A stretch of DNA of 37,869 nucleotides from Octopus bimaculoides (lineage: Eukaryota). Both the position numbers and the translations under genes were made by a program. The notes under the pieces are model-generated. The model saw only the letters and a list, made by a program, of their open reading frames with translations, made no database searches and was not told the origin of the DNA. The stretch lies in NCBI RefSeq assembly GCF_001194135.2, contig NC_068982.1:46290676-46328544 (forward strand), read 5' to 3'. Below, piece by piece: positions 11,761 through 23,184 of the stretch (its first letter is position 1; each line of letters starts with the position of its first letter).

Positions 11761-12699
11761 AATTATATATTGAAATGGTCAGATTGCCATGGCAAAGCGT
11801 TGCAAAATATCAAGTTTTAACCGGATTAATTGCTGTATAGAAAAATATTTTTGGACCAGTTTTACTAACAGAAAATTTCTGTATTGTTTGAAGAATCCAT
11901 TCTCGTTGGCTAGAATAAAAGAAAGTTGTGTCCTTAGACTTATCTTAAATTCCTTATATAATTTTGTGTAAATCGCCATTTGTGATATGAATATTACGAG
12001 ATAACACGCTTCCAAATTATTTTTGGAAAATATGGAATTTAAAATATAACAGCTAAGGAAATGTTTAAGTAAGTAACAGATAATGAAAGAATAAGACAAT
12101 GGAATTCACAGAAACAGAATTATATTAGAAAGACTAATTTCAAGAGAGATAATATATATTCCCACTTAAACGTGGGGGTTCTCTTAGAACAAACCATACT
12201 ACGGTAGATACCATAAGAAAAGCTCTCATATAGGCTTTCGGTGCAAAATGCACGCTTGTGTATATTTCTAGCGGGGAGATATATCCCTACCAACTCCAAC
12301 GCCGAGACCAGCAGGTCACATGATTTCGACCTTCATTGATCTCATTGGTGATGGATGCTCGACCGCTAGAGATAGCAGCGACTTATCTCTCCACTAGCGA
12401 TATAGAGAAGATCAGTGCCTGACCAGGCACTGATATCGTGGTTAGCCAGTGAACGTGTGAAAATAAATATATTAACAACAGTGGCAGTATTAATATCGAG
12501 AGGTAATATTTATTCAAACAGAAGTGTGAACAGGCACAATAACGCCACGACTAAAAACAGCAATATTTTTTTAATTAAAAGAAGTGACTCGACTACAGCC
12601 AGCTCAAGGAAAAGCAGGAATTTTTAAATAGACAGCATGAATATGACACAAAAGATACTGCCTCGTCACCTAATGGATTTATTCGGAAAACAACCCAAA

Positions 12700-12985
12700 T
12701 GTTTCAAAAAATGGGGAAGGTTTCCATACAAACTTGAAAGGGAAGCTCATGGAATCTCCGTATGATGTACAAGAAATCTGCTCCATTGACCTGAAAAGGG
12801 CATATAGAGGTATAAAGTTGGATTTTAAGGTAGAAAATAAGAAGAAAAGTTGTGTTGTTTCGCCGCACACCTGCCTGCAAGATCCTGTCACAGTACATGG
12901 ATCTCAGAAAAATGAGGATTATGGACGGAGATATTGGCACAGGCGTTGAATTTTGCTGTGGTAGTACCTTTGCACAAGTCTTTGG
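12700..12985 (+). pseudogene. Possible decayed LINE (RTE-like) RT fragment
   Basis: KLMESPYDVQEICSIDLKRAY resembles the LMEK..FIDLEKAYD motif; the shifted frame gives IGTGVEFCCG (GVxQGC-like). Confidence 0.3.
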
Positions 12986-12989
12986 ATAT

Positions 12990-13195
12990 ACTGGCTTCAA
13001 ATTTTGGTGCTAGGTCAGCAAGTTTGAGTGATGGGATAAGTCAATTACATCGACCCCAGTGCGCAAATATTGACCCCGCAAGCATGAAACACAAAATCGA
13101 CCTCGGCAGCATTAGATCTGAGAACGTAAAGACGGAAGAAATGTCTTGAAGTATTTTACTCGATGTCTTAACGATGCTGCCAGCTCGGCGCTTCA
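12990..13195 (-). mobile_element. SINE family B copy
   Basis: AATTACATCGACCCCAGTGC..ATCGACCTCGGC..GAGAACGTAAAGACGG..GATGCTGCCAGCTC. Confidence 0.8.
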
Positions 13196-13442
13196 TACTC
13201 TGTGAAAATATTGCTAGCTAGGAGTTGACTCTCTAGAATATGTGGTTGAATGGTGGTGGTAGTGTTGGTGGGGATTTGCATGAATATTCACGTCTTGGTG
13301 ACACCAGATGACCGCATGGTTACCTCGGAGCTGTATTCTAGTAGGATACCATTTAGACTGGTGATGCCAGGCAGAGGGCCTAGCTACTACTTGTGTGGTA
13401 GTAAAGATGACAACTACCTTCTGTCCAGAAGTTTAAAATAAG

Positions 13443-13455
13443 GAGAGAAGAGAGA

Positions 13456-13503
<48 letters not shown>

Positions 13504-13594
13504 NNNNNNNNNNNNNNNNNNNNNNNNNNNNNNNNNNNNNNNNNNNNNNNNNNNNNNNNNNNNNNNNNNNNNNNNNNNNNNNNNNNNNNNNNNN

Positions 13595-13648
<54 letters not shown>
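13443..13648. repeat. (GA)n microsatellite spanning a gap
   Basis: GA runs on both sides of the N-run 13505-13594. Confidence 0.9.
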
Positions 13649-13650
<2 letters not shown>

Positions 13651-14322
13651 CTAACAGAGATGAGACAGACCAACAGACACGAGACAAACAAACAGGCAGA
13701 GACAGCAAGACAGCAAGACCGGCAGAGAGCAGCAGAAGCTACTGTACCTTCAATAATAACAGGCACCAGACATGCTGCAATCACTCCTTCCAAGCTTCTT
13801 ATTGGTTGGCTTGTACCCAGCCTAGAAGTAACTTACCATTTAACTTATCATGCAGCTGATGTCTCAGAACTGTTTACTCTTTAAACAAGTCTGTTTCCTT
13901 ACAACAACAAATACACATTTTTATAAATTTACCTAGTGGTTTGTTCGCCAATATTTCGGTAAGTTGCCGCAAGATATAGAAATAGTTTTCACAATGTATT
14001 TAATCAACGTCACGAAAAAACTTATAGCTAGATTATCGTGACAGAGGGAGAACATTTTCATTGATATTTCTTCATTGTATTTTCTTTTTAAAAAGATCTG
14101 TTTCAACATATAATAGTGCCAGAAAGAGACGAATCATGAATGGGTTTTGCTTGTTTTCTCTATGAAACTCATGAAATTCAAAAATTAGTAGAGTGGGAGG
14201 CGAAATTTTTGTAACCTTTATATTTTTCTAAAAGGTATAATCGAATGAAGATTAACTATGATCATAAATCTAAATCGGAAGTGTAACAGTTTGCCTTATA
14301 ATCTATGATGCTACCAGGGTCC

Positions 14323-14686
14323 AGGCGTGGCTGTGTGGTAAAACGTTTGGTTCCAGGTTCAGTCCCATTGCGTGGCACCTTGGGAAAGTGTTTTTTTCTT
14401 TTTCTACGACAGCCCCGAGCCGGTCAAAACATCATGAATGGATTTGGTAGATGGAAACTAAAAGAAAAAGCCCGTAATATATGTGTGCGTGTGTGTGTTT
14501 ATCCCCACAAAGTGGTACTTGAGAACCGGTGTTTGCTTGTTTACGTCCGCGTAACTTAGCGAGTCGACAGTAATATAACCGATATCATGAGTACGAGGCT
14601 TAGAAAATAAAGAAAAAAAATAATAGTAGACCTGTCAAGTCGATGTTCGAGCAAGGCCGAAACAAGTATAGGATAAATGATAAAAG
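14323..14686 (+). mobile_element. SINE family A, near full-length, diverged
   Basis: GGCGTGGCTGTGTGGTAA head, GGTTCAGTCCCATTGCGTGGCACCTTGGG, internal TG tract at about 14478-14498. Confidence 0.85.
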
Positions 14687-15529
14687 TCGATAATGTGAGA
14701 AGTAACATGAAACAATAAATAAATGACAATGTAGAATAACAACACAACCTGCCTTAAGTATTGACGTGGAAGGAAATTTTTGAATATTCACCTCCATTCT
14801 ATAAGATTGTAACACAATATTTGTCCTTGGGTAGTGACTGTTATTTCCTATTTGCTAATCCCTAGAAAGTATGAGAAATTGATATTTCCTTCAAACTTTG
14901 TTTTTGTTAAATTTATTCAAATCCCAAAGAATTCTTCTCAGCAAATGGTTATGATGCTCCCCTAATACTCCTGCTCATGATCAGGGGTGTACATATTGTC
15001 GGCCACTAAAAGATATGCTCAAGTGGTTAAGGTCAAGCAACTGATAAGCAAACCTGTGGTATTGAGCAGAATATTTGCAATAGCGATACTTTTGCTTCAA
15101 TACCTCAGTGCTGAATCTCTCTGAAATGTAATGGAAAATAGGTCAGTTTCAAAACAATGATGCCCAGCTCACAAAAGAAAAGTTTGAAGGGAATAGTAGT
15201 TATTTCCTTAGATTTCTAGATAGAAGCAAATAGGAAATAACACTCACTGACCAAAGACGAAAAAAAGACATTTCTTACAGTGTAATCTACTGAGAATGTA
15301 AAGAAACTGCAAAACATTCCCTCTCACAATGCATTATTTGTCATTATACTCCATCATTTACCCGAAGTCTACTTTGAAAACCTGATTCCTTTTATCTTAG
15401 AATCAGTAAAAAAAATAAGTTTAGTAAGGTTCTTGGACGTTACTGTCTCGAGTCCGAGTATTCATAGGAAGCAGTTACCCAGTTTCTGTGACATATAAGC
15501 GACCAAGATAAAAACAATGACCCTTGATA

Positions 15530-15690
15530 GAACGCCTGTCCACTGTAACGTTACTCGTTTACAGCTGAAAGGAATGGAGCGACGTGAAAGGAAGTGTTTA
15601 GCTCAAGAACACACCACAAATCTCAGTCTGAGAATCGAAACCATGATCACAATATCGTGAATGCAACACCCCTAATCACTTGTCCAGGTA
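15530..15690 (-). mobile_element. Head + CORE-like portion of tRNA SINE, diverged
   Basis: ACAGCTGAAAGGAATGGAGCGACGTGAAAGGAAGTGTTTAGCTCAAGAACAC..GAATCGAAACC, matching 7062-7180. Confidence 0.7.
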
Positions 15691-15865
15691 CCTTCACAGA
15701 CACAGTAAAGCAACCAGCTCTAAACGGCAGGAGTAACTCACACTAAGTTCTCCTGTCTTTTCTAAACACAAGAATTGAATAACCCGCTTTCATGCCCCAT
15801 CATAATTCTGTATCTCAGGGTATTCCACCAACATTTCCTATTATTATTCTCCTAATATTCACTTT

Positions 15866-16349
15866 AAAAGAGCGAGCTGACTGAAACATTTTCACGCCGA
15901 ACGAAATGCTTAGCGGTTTTTCATCCGTTTACACATTCTGAGTTCAAATTCTATCGTGGTCGACTTTGCCCTTCATCCATTCGGGGCCGATGAAATAAGT
16001 ACTAGTTAAGAACTGAGGTCGATGTAATCGACTTGCCCCTTCCCCAAAAATATCAGGCATTGTGCCTATAGTAGAAAGGATTATCATTATTAAGGCTGCG
16101 AGCTAGCAGAAACGTTAGCACATCGGACAATATACTTACTGGCATTTCGTCCGTCTTTACGTTCTACGTTTAAATTCTGCCGAGATTTACTGAGCCTTTT
16201 ATCTTTTGGGGGTCGATGAAATAAGTTCCAGTTGAGCACTGGGTTCGATATAATCGACTAACCCCAAACCGAAATTGCAGTCCCTGTATATATATTAGAG
16301 AGGATTATTATTATTATTATCATTATTATTATTATTATTATTATTATTA
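15866..16349 (+). mobile_element. Two head-to-tail SINE family B copies ending in (ATT)n
   Basis: Copies start at about 15866 and 16091; each ends in an AGAAAGGATT/AGAGAGGATT motif plus (ATT)n. Confidence 0.9.
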
Positions 16350-16736
16350 ACAATAAGAAGTGCGCGACTGTTATCGAATGAACAATATTTATTTCTTTAT
16401 TGCCCACAGCGGGCTATCGAATGAACAATATTTCGTCATCTCGTGTGTCCTCCACAAGTTCAAAACAAAAAACCTCAATCTACTTCGTTTTAGTAATAAT
16501 TAAAGGTCTGATGTTACTCCTCCAGAAAGTAAAGAAACAATTGATTTGTATATTTCTTTACTTTCTGGAGGAATAACATCAATCATTTAAATATCACCAA
16601 AATGAAGTAGATTGAGATGCTTATTTTGAACTTGTGGAAGACACATGAGATGTCGAATTATTGTTCATTCGATAACAGTCGCACTCTTCTTATTGTTTCT
16701 TTACTTTCTGGAGGAGTAACATCAATCCTTTAAATA
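16349..16736. repeat. Inverted junction of a 143-bp repeat monomer (foldback-like)
   Basis: 16351-16537 is the reverse complement of 16553-16695 (about 85-90% by eye, ignoring a 43-bp insert); a second monomer starts at 16696, exactly 143 bp after 16553. Confidence 0.9.
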
Positions 16737-16761
16737 TTATTATTATTGTTGTTGTTGTTGA

Positions 16762-17998
16762 TAAGGCGGTGAGCTGGCACACCGTTAGCACACCGGGCGA
16801 AGTGCTTAGCGGTATTTCGTCCGTCTTTACGTTCTGAGTTCAAATTCCATCGAGATCGACTTTGCCTTTCATGCTTTCGGGGTCGATTAAATAAGTACCA
16901 GTTACGCACTGGGTCGATGTAATCGACTTAATCCCTTCCGCCAAATTTGAGGCCTTGTGCTTCCAGTAGAAAGGATTACTATTATTATTGTTGATAATGC
17001 GGCGAGCTGGCAGAATCGTTAACACACCGGGCAAAATGCTTATCGGTTTTTCGTCTGCCACTCCGTTCTGCGTTCAAATTCCGCCGAGGTCGACCTTGAC
17101 TTTTATCCTTTTGGGATAGATAAATTAAGCACCAGCGAAACACTGGGANNNNNNNNNNNNNNNNNNNNNNNNNNNNNNNNNNNNNNNNNNNNNNNNNNNN
17201 NNNNNNNNNNNNNNNNNNNNNNNNNNNNNNNNNNNNNNNNNNNNNNNNNNNNNNNNNNNNNNNNNNNNNNNNNNNNNNNNNNNNNNNNNNNNNNNNNNNN
17301 NNNNNNNNNNNNNNNNNNNNNNNNNNNNNNNNNNNNNNNNNNNNNNNNNNNNNNNNNNNNNNNNNNNNNNNNNNNNNNNNNNNNNNNNNNNNNNNNNNNN
17401 NNNNNNNNNNNNNNNNNNNNNNNNNNNNNNNNNNNNNNNNNNNNNNNNNNNNNNNNNNNNNNNNNNNNNNNNNNNNNNNNNNNNNNNNNNNNNNNNNNNN
17501 NNNNNNNNNNNNNNNNNNGTCTTGTCCCTGTAGTAGAAAGGATCATTATTATTGTTAAAGCGACGAACTGGCGGAATCGTTAGCACGCCGGGCAAAATGC
17601 TTAGCGGTATTTCGGCCGTCTTTACGTTCCGAGTTCAAATCCCGGTGAGGTCTACATTGCCTTTCATCCTTTCGTGATCGATGAAAAAAGTACCAGTTGC
17701 GTATAGGGGTCGATCTAATCGACAAGCCCCCCCCTCCCCCAGAAAGATTTCTGGCCTTACGCCTAAAGTAGAAAAGAATCATTAGCACCCCAGGCCAAAT
17801 GCTTAGCGGTTTTTCGTCAGTCTTTACGTTCTGAGCTCAAATCCCGCTGAGGTCTACTTTGCCTTTCATACTTTGGGAGTCGATGAAATAAGTACCAGTT
17901 GAATACTGGGTCGATATAATCGATTTAGTCCCCCCACCCCTACAAATTTCAAGCTTTGTTCCTATGGTAGAAAGAATTATTATTGTTATTGTTATTAT
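16762..17998 (+). mobile_element. Head-to-tail array of at least 4 (probably 5) SINE family B copies
   Basis: Copies start at 16762, 16996, 17557 and about 17783 (5'-truncated); an extra 3' end at 17519-17556 follows the gap; joined by (ATT/GTT)n. Confidence 0.92.
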
Positions 17999-18104
17999 CG
18001 TTTTACTATTTGGTAATTCAAAAGACAAATAGCATTTCAGATGAATTTCCTAAACACTCCCTCAAAACTGAACATGTATCAAATAGATACCATTTGACAA
18101 GTAG

Positions 18105-18141
<37 letters not shown>

Positions 18142-18465
18142 ATTCTACTGCCTGCCTACTCTACTCTCTGCATGGCGCTTTTGCGATCATATTCTTGAAA
18201 TAGCAACCCTCTTCGCTTTTCTTGCTTTCTAATTTTTTTAATTCCTGAAACTTTCTTTGCAGTTTCGGTTCTCCTCAATTGTATGCAATTGACAATGTTA
18301 TGATAGCGTACGGTTTGTTTCATTTTTAAGTTGGTTTGAGTAATTCTTTACCGATTTTTTTCTCCCTTTTCTCATATATGTTCTTTTGTTAAAAAGAGCA
18401 TTACAAGTAGGTTCATATATTGTAACATACTTATGTTCCTTTCAATGTACGTTTTCAATGTATGA

Positions 18466-18510
<45 letters not shown>

Positions 18511-18894
18511 GACGTGTGTGTATTTCGCATGCAAGTGTATATAGCATGCAAGTGTATATAGCTGCATGTGTTAAGTAACGGCAAGAGAGAAAGAAAGACA
18601 GAGAGACAGTGTCAGAGAGGGAGGGAGGGAGAGGCAGAGACAGAGAAATGAAATGAGAGGTGGTGATAGTGTTAGTACAAAGTTTTGAATTGTCGTTTTT
18701 TGCCCTCACGCACGCATTGAAGCAGTTTCTTTCCTTCCTTTGTCGTAAATTGTACTGAAATTAAATACACAAACACGCACACATACATATTTATTACACG
18801 CACATACATAGACAACTGCATTCAGGTATGTTTTACTCCTTCTACCTCCTTTCTCTTCCCATCCCACCTCTCTCTCTCTCTCTCTCTCTCACTC

Positions 18895-18938
<44 letters not shown>

Positions 18939-18945
18939 TCGCAGT

Positions 18946-19268
18946 ATTCTTCTATTCTTTTACTTGTTTCAGTCATTTTAACTACGGCCATGCTGGAGCA
19001 CCGCCTTAAAGTTTTTTGTTAGTCAAAGAAATCGACCCAAAGACTTATTCTTTGTAAGCCTAGTACTTATTCTATTGGCCTCTTTGATGGATTGCTAGAT
19101 TACAGGGACGTAAACACACCAACATCGGTTGTGAAGCGATGGTGGTGGTGGGGGAACAAACACAGAAATAGACACAAACATAAATATATACATTTACACA
19201 TATATACGACGTTTCCTTCTATCAAATCCATACACAAGGCTTTGATTGGCCCGAGGCTATAGAAAATG
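18946..19268 (-). mobile_element. SINE family A lacking its head
   Basis: Colinear with 6333-6670; stops after GGCCCGAGGCTATAG, where transposase sequence begins. Confidence 0.88.
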
Positions 19269-19271
19269 ACA

Positions 19272-19761
19272 ACATCAGAATTTCCTGCAACTCTTCTGTA
19301 CGGTCTCCTTGTTTAAGTTCGTGAATGCTGCCATAATCTTTACCTTCAGTTCATCTTTAATGTTGCCCCACACTTAATAATGAAGGGGATTGCAGTCTAG
19401 GGAGTTAGGTGACATGATGTTAGGGGTAATGTGGTCGCAGAAATTTTCTTACACCTCATGACTGGGTTCTCCTGTTTGTGTGGCATAGTGCAGAGCCCTG
19501 TTGCCTGACATAGGGCCTTCCAGCAGCCACCCTCTTCATCAAGGGCAGTACTACCTCCTCCAGGCACTTGATGTAGGTCTCCGTTTGGAGTCTGAAGCCG
19601 TGTGGGAAGATAAATGAAGGCATAACGTCGCCATCACAAGTGATCACTCCAAACACCATGATGTTGACTGGATGTCTGATTTTTATCACTCTCGGTATGT
19701 TCTCAGATTGCACTATCCTCACATTGACACCCAAACTCTTTGAAATGTTCGTATTGGAGAT
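19272..19761 (-). pseudogene. Tc1/mariner transposase pseudogene, DD37D (maT)-type catalytic region
   Basis: IRHPVNIMVFGVITCDGDVMPSFIFP..YIKCLEEVVLP..RPYVRQQGSALCHT..TQS*, +1 frameshift, then ENFCDHITPNIMSPNSLDCNPLHY*VWG..KDELKVKIMAAFTNLNKETVQKSCRKF. There are 37 residues between the second and third catalytic positions (both now mutated, to G and H). Confidence 0.9.
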
Positions 19762-19913
19762 NNNNNNNNNNNNNNNNNNNNNNNNNNNNNNNNNNNNNNN
19801 NNNNNNNNNNNNNNNNNNNNNNNNNNNNNNNNNNNNNNNNNNNNNNNNNNNNNNNNNNNNNNNNNNNNNNNNNNNNNNNNNNNNNNNNNNNNNNNNNNNN
19901 NNNNNNNNNNNNN

Positions 19914-19947
<34 letters not shown>

Positions 19948-20236
19948 CGTGTGTGTGTGTGTGGTGATGTATGGATTCAAAGAATCTGATAGTACTCATA
20001 AAGGAGCTCCTAAATGTATCATTCTACATGACGTATAAAATATCTAGAACGATATAAGATAAAAAATATAGGGAGTGTTATAAAGTCATAAATAACATAA
20101 ATAGTTTGATGAAATATTATTTAACAATGTTCTTGTATTTGGGGATGGTCATGTTGCCAGTTTAGCCAATAAAAACACACGCACTGTATATTTGGTGTTA
20201 ATTTGCTTCAGCTTTATTTTATTTATTTTTTTTTTT

Positions 20237-20300
20237 ACATTAATCGTATTTCGGCCAGAGTTCTTTCGTCAAACTTCTGTGACCTCATCAGTGGTCCTTT
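20237..20300 (-). ncRNA. Hammerhead-ribozyme-like core in the Penelope 3' region
   Basis: Minus strand CTGATGA-[GGTCACAGAAGTTTGACGAAAGAACTCTGGCC, a foldable stem II closed by G-C]-GAAA. Stems I and III not convincingly found. Confidence 0.45.
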
Positions 20301-21034
20301 GCTTTCTTCTTACTTATTTGTGTGTCTTTCCTTACTAACGATCAGCCATTTTGTATTTTGTATTCCTATTGTATGTGTCTTTATTTGCGCATGCGTATAC
20401 CTCTATGCATGTCTATGTTTAGTAAATGTGGTGGGCAGTGCCTGTATTATCTGTATCCCCTGTTTATACACGTTCGTTTAATTTGTTCTTATTTATTTTG
20501 TTCATGTAGTTATACTTACTTATTATTTTTCTATTCTTTCTTTTTTTTGTATTTAATTTAATTTAATTTTGTTATTTAATTCCATTTTTTCATTTGTGTA
20601 TTGTATTATATTTTGTTCATATTGTTCTCAGTTTATGGGGATCTTATTCTGTCATATGTTGTGGTGTGCTAGTGTTCCATTCTAGTTTCCTATTCGAGCT
20701 AGGTTTATCTTCTATTGTGTGTGTAGCTTCTGTAATTTGTCTAAGCGTTGCGACTGTTCTGTGTGTGGACAAGATTTTAACTTCTATGTTGTTGAGTGAC
20801 CCTCCGTATTCCTGCTCGGCGTAGTGATACAGAACCGATGAGCTCCTCTCTTCCTTAAGTTTCCTCCAATGTTCATTTACCCGCTCTCCTATGCTCCGTG
20901 CCGTTTCCCCTACGTACGTCGTTGTCTTGTTACTGCATAATCCTTCTGTACATCTTATACTATAGACTACATTTCTGGCTATACAGTCTGTTTGTAGGTT
21001 AAATCTACATACAGTACAATTCCTATCAGTACAG

Positions 21035-21097
21035 GGGTTCTACTAAAAGGATGGGTTCTACTAAAAGGATGGGTTCTACTAAAAGGATGGGTTCTAC
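21035..21097. repeat. 18-bp tandem repeat x3.5 inside the Penelope ORF
   Basis: GGGTTCTACTAAAAGGAT units at 21035, 21053, 21071 and a partial unit at 21089; encodes (RTHPFS)n on the minus strand. Confidence 0.97.
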
Positions 21098-21957
21098 CGA
21101 TTAAGGATTTGATAGGGTTCCCTGGCCTTTCAACAACCTTAATTCTTAGCCTAAGTTTGTGAGGGCCCTTCTAAAGCGGTACGCCAGTTTGCCTCTAGAT
21201 GGTATCGACGAACATGACACTCTGGTATTTGTGGCTATCATACCATGAGTTGGCCTTCCCTATTTTCTTCTTAGGCCTTTGAATGGTATTCAAATAGACT
21301 TCATGGCCACGTATATCGTTTGAGAAATTGCAATCTTTACAATAGCGTAAAAAGTTATAAAAATAAAATAGTACTAAAATAACTATTTTCCAAATATGCA
21401 TTTTATCTCATTCGTCTCTTGTACGAATGTACATTATAGTTGATAAAAGCAGTAACGAGAAAGTTGAGCATAGCAATTTTCTGCCGATTTTGTTATTGTT
21501 GAAACAACAAACATTTTGTTATAATTGAAAAGGCTAAAATTGCATAGTTTTCAAATATTATTTTATAGGATGGCTCTCTTCGAGATAGACTATACATTAC
21601 TGGTATACAACCCTTATCTTTTTGTCATGATTAAACCAATATTGCATGGCTTATCTATGTCAGAACTCTCCTATACAATTCAATTATTTATGTTTTGGTG
21701 GAAATAAACCACTCCACACAATTAGTGGACAGTAACACAAATAATATCGATTAACATATGGTGTGTAACAAATTTACTGACTTATTTTTGTCTTTTATTT
21801 ATTTATGTAATTTATTTGGTATAGACGGGAACTACCATTCCGAGTTCCAGTGTGGACACACCTCATTTGACACTCCTCGATCTGTCCAGTTATAATAACT
21901 TTGTTCAAAACTTTGGAAACTAGCTTTAAATCTATGTACAAAAGAAGTGCCTGTAGG

Positions 21958-22023
<66 letters not shown>

Positions 22024-22323
22024 TAATATTTCGCTTAGGCATAGTGAGAACCTGAGCGCATGCGTATTTTTGCATATTTTTTCTGCTTTGAGATAGAACT
22101 TTCCATAGCCAACAATATCAACTTTCTCACTCATAACGCCTGTATGTTCTGAAAATGTAACTTTCCCAAATAAAGTGCACTTCATATTCAAGGCTCTGAT
22201 GAAGCTAAAGGATATTATCCTAGAACTCAACTAAGAGTCCACCACATCTTATTGCAGAAACAGCTGTAAACGAATGAAGATCAGTTCATGATAATTGTTT
22301 TTTCCGGTGCCATCTCTTTGTTT

Positions 22324-22368
<45 letters not shown>

Positions 22369-22516
22369 ATGTATGTATAAACTATATATGTATGCATTTG
22401 TGCATGTATGTATATGTGTATTATGTATTGTACAGTATACTAGATACTGTGTATATAATAAAATGGTTATTTGTAGCTCAGATTGTGAGCTTTTGTCTCT
22501 TAGTTCCGTTGGTAAA

Positions 22517-22931
22517 TTCCGCTCGCTCAGTCATCGAACTAGCGTATATAAGTATGATGCAATCGTGGTTTGGCGATCAAACTTATACAGGGACGAAGTG
22601 CTTCCGTAATCTGAACAATCACTAGAATCTACCGAAAACTACCCAACGACTACAATCACTACAATAAAAAAGTTGTCTCCGACGTACATCATCTCATCTC
22701 CCCTTATCTACATCCGTCCATAGTGACAAACCCATCATTCAAACACCACGTACGTCTACCATCTACCACCTCCTGAAAATCCATAAGCCTGACAAAACCG
22801 ACCGCCATATTGTCGCTTCATATGTCTGCTTCAATAAGCTCATTTCCATTTACCTTAACAAACTTATGTACCTCTTTTACGCTGCTTCCCATCCTACATC
22901 CGTAATATCTATCACGCTCAATGCAAAATAA
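22517..22931 (+). pseudogene. Penelope-like RT N-terminal/palm remnant
   Basis: FRSLSHRTSVYKYDAIVVWRSNLYRDEVL (cf. KPADKGGAVVVW..LY..E) and IIQTPRTSTIYHLLKIHKPDKTDRHIVAS..KLISIYL (cf. FYxLPKIHKPxxPGRPIVS); stops and frameshifts. Confidence 0.82.
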
Positions 22932-23152
22932 CTCGATGCAAAATTCTGTACAGTTAATGGCGTGTTTACCTCATTTGGATAGGGAATGGGTGTTTATTTC
23001 ATTTATCTTTTTTTTTTTTTTTACGGGAATTTATTCATTTGCTTACATAGGGACAGCATTTTGCATATGAAAAGACAAAAGAAACAAAATAATACTTAGA
23101 ATATGCGCGGAAACGAGTATCTCACAAAAGACACGAAATGAAGCATCACCTT

Positions 23153-23184
<32 letters not shown>

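Larger units (their letters stand above)
20130..21335 (-). mobile_element. 5'-truncated Penelope-like element: linker, Zn knuckle, GIY-YIG endonuclease and 3' noncoding region
   Basis: Open frame 21039-20644: PCTDRNCTVC..DCIARNVVYSIRCTEGLC..TYVGETARSIGERVNEH..LYHY..LRQITEA..NRKLEW; upstream frameshifted segments SWY..QSVMFVDT and RIKVVERPG..IKSLIGRTHPF. Confidence 0.92.

Noticed and set aside
14820-15100. Segment resembling a common octopus dispersed repeat (also 7255-7336)
   Set aside because: Recognised from memory only; no second overlapping copy in the window to define or classify it.
16762-17998. CRISPR-like or tRNA-gene array
   Set aside because: Units are about 230-bp diverged SINEs with no repeat-spacer structure and no foldable cloverleaf.
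21825-22250. LRR-like LTLLDLSSYNNF and protein-looking minus-strand ORF 21832-22230
   Set aside because: Single short resemblance, early stop, no consistent splice model, and the ORF runs through (TA)n.
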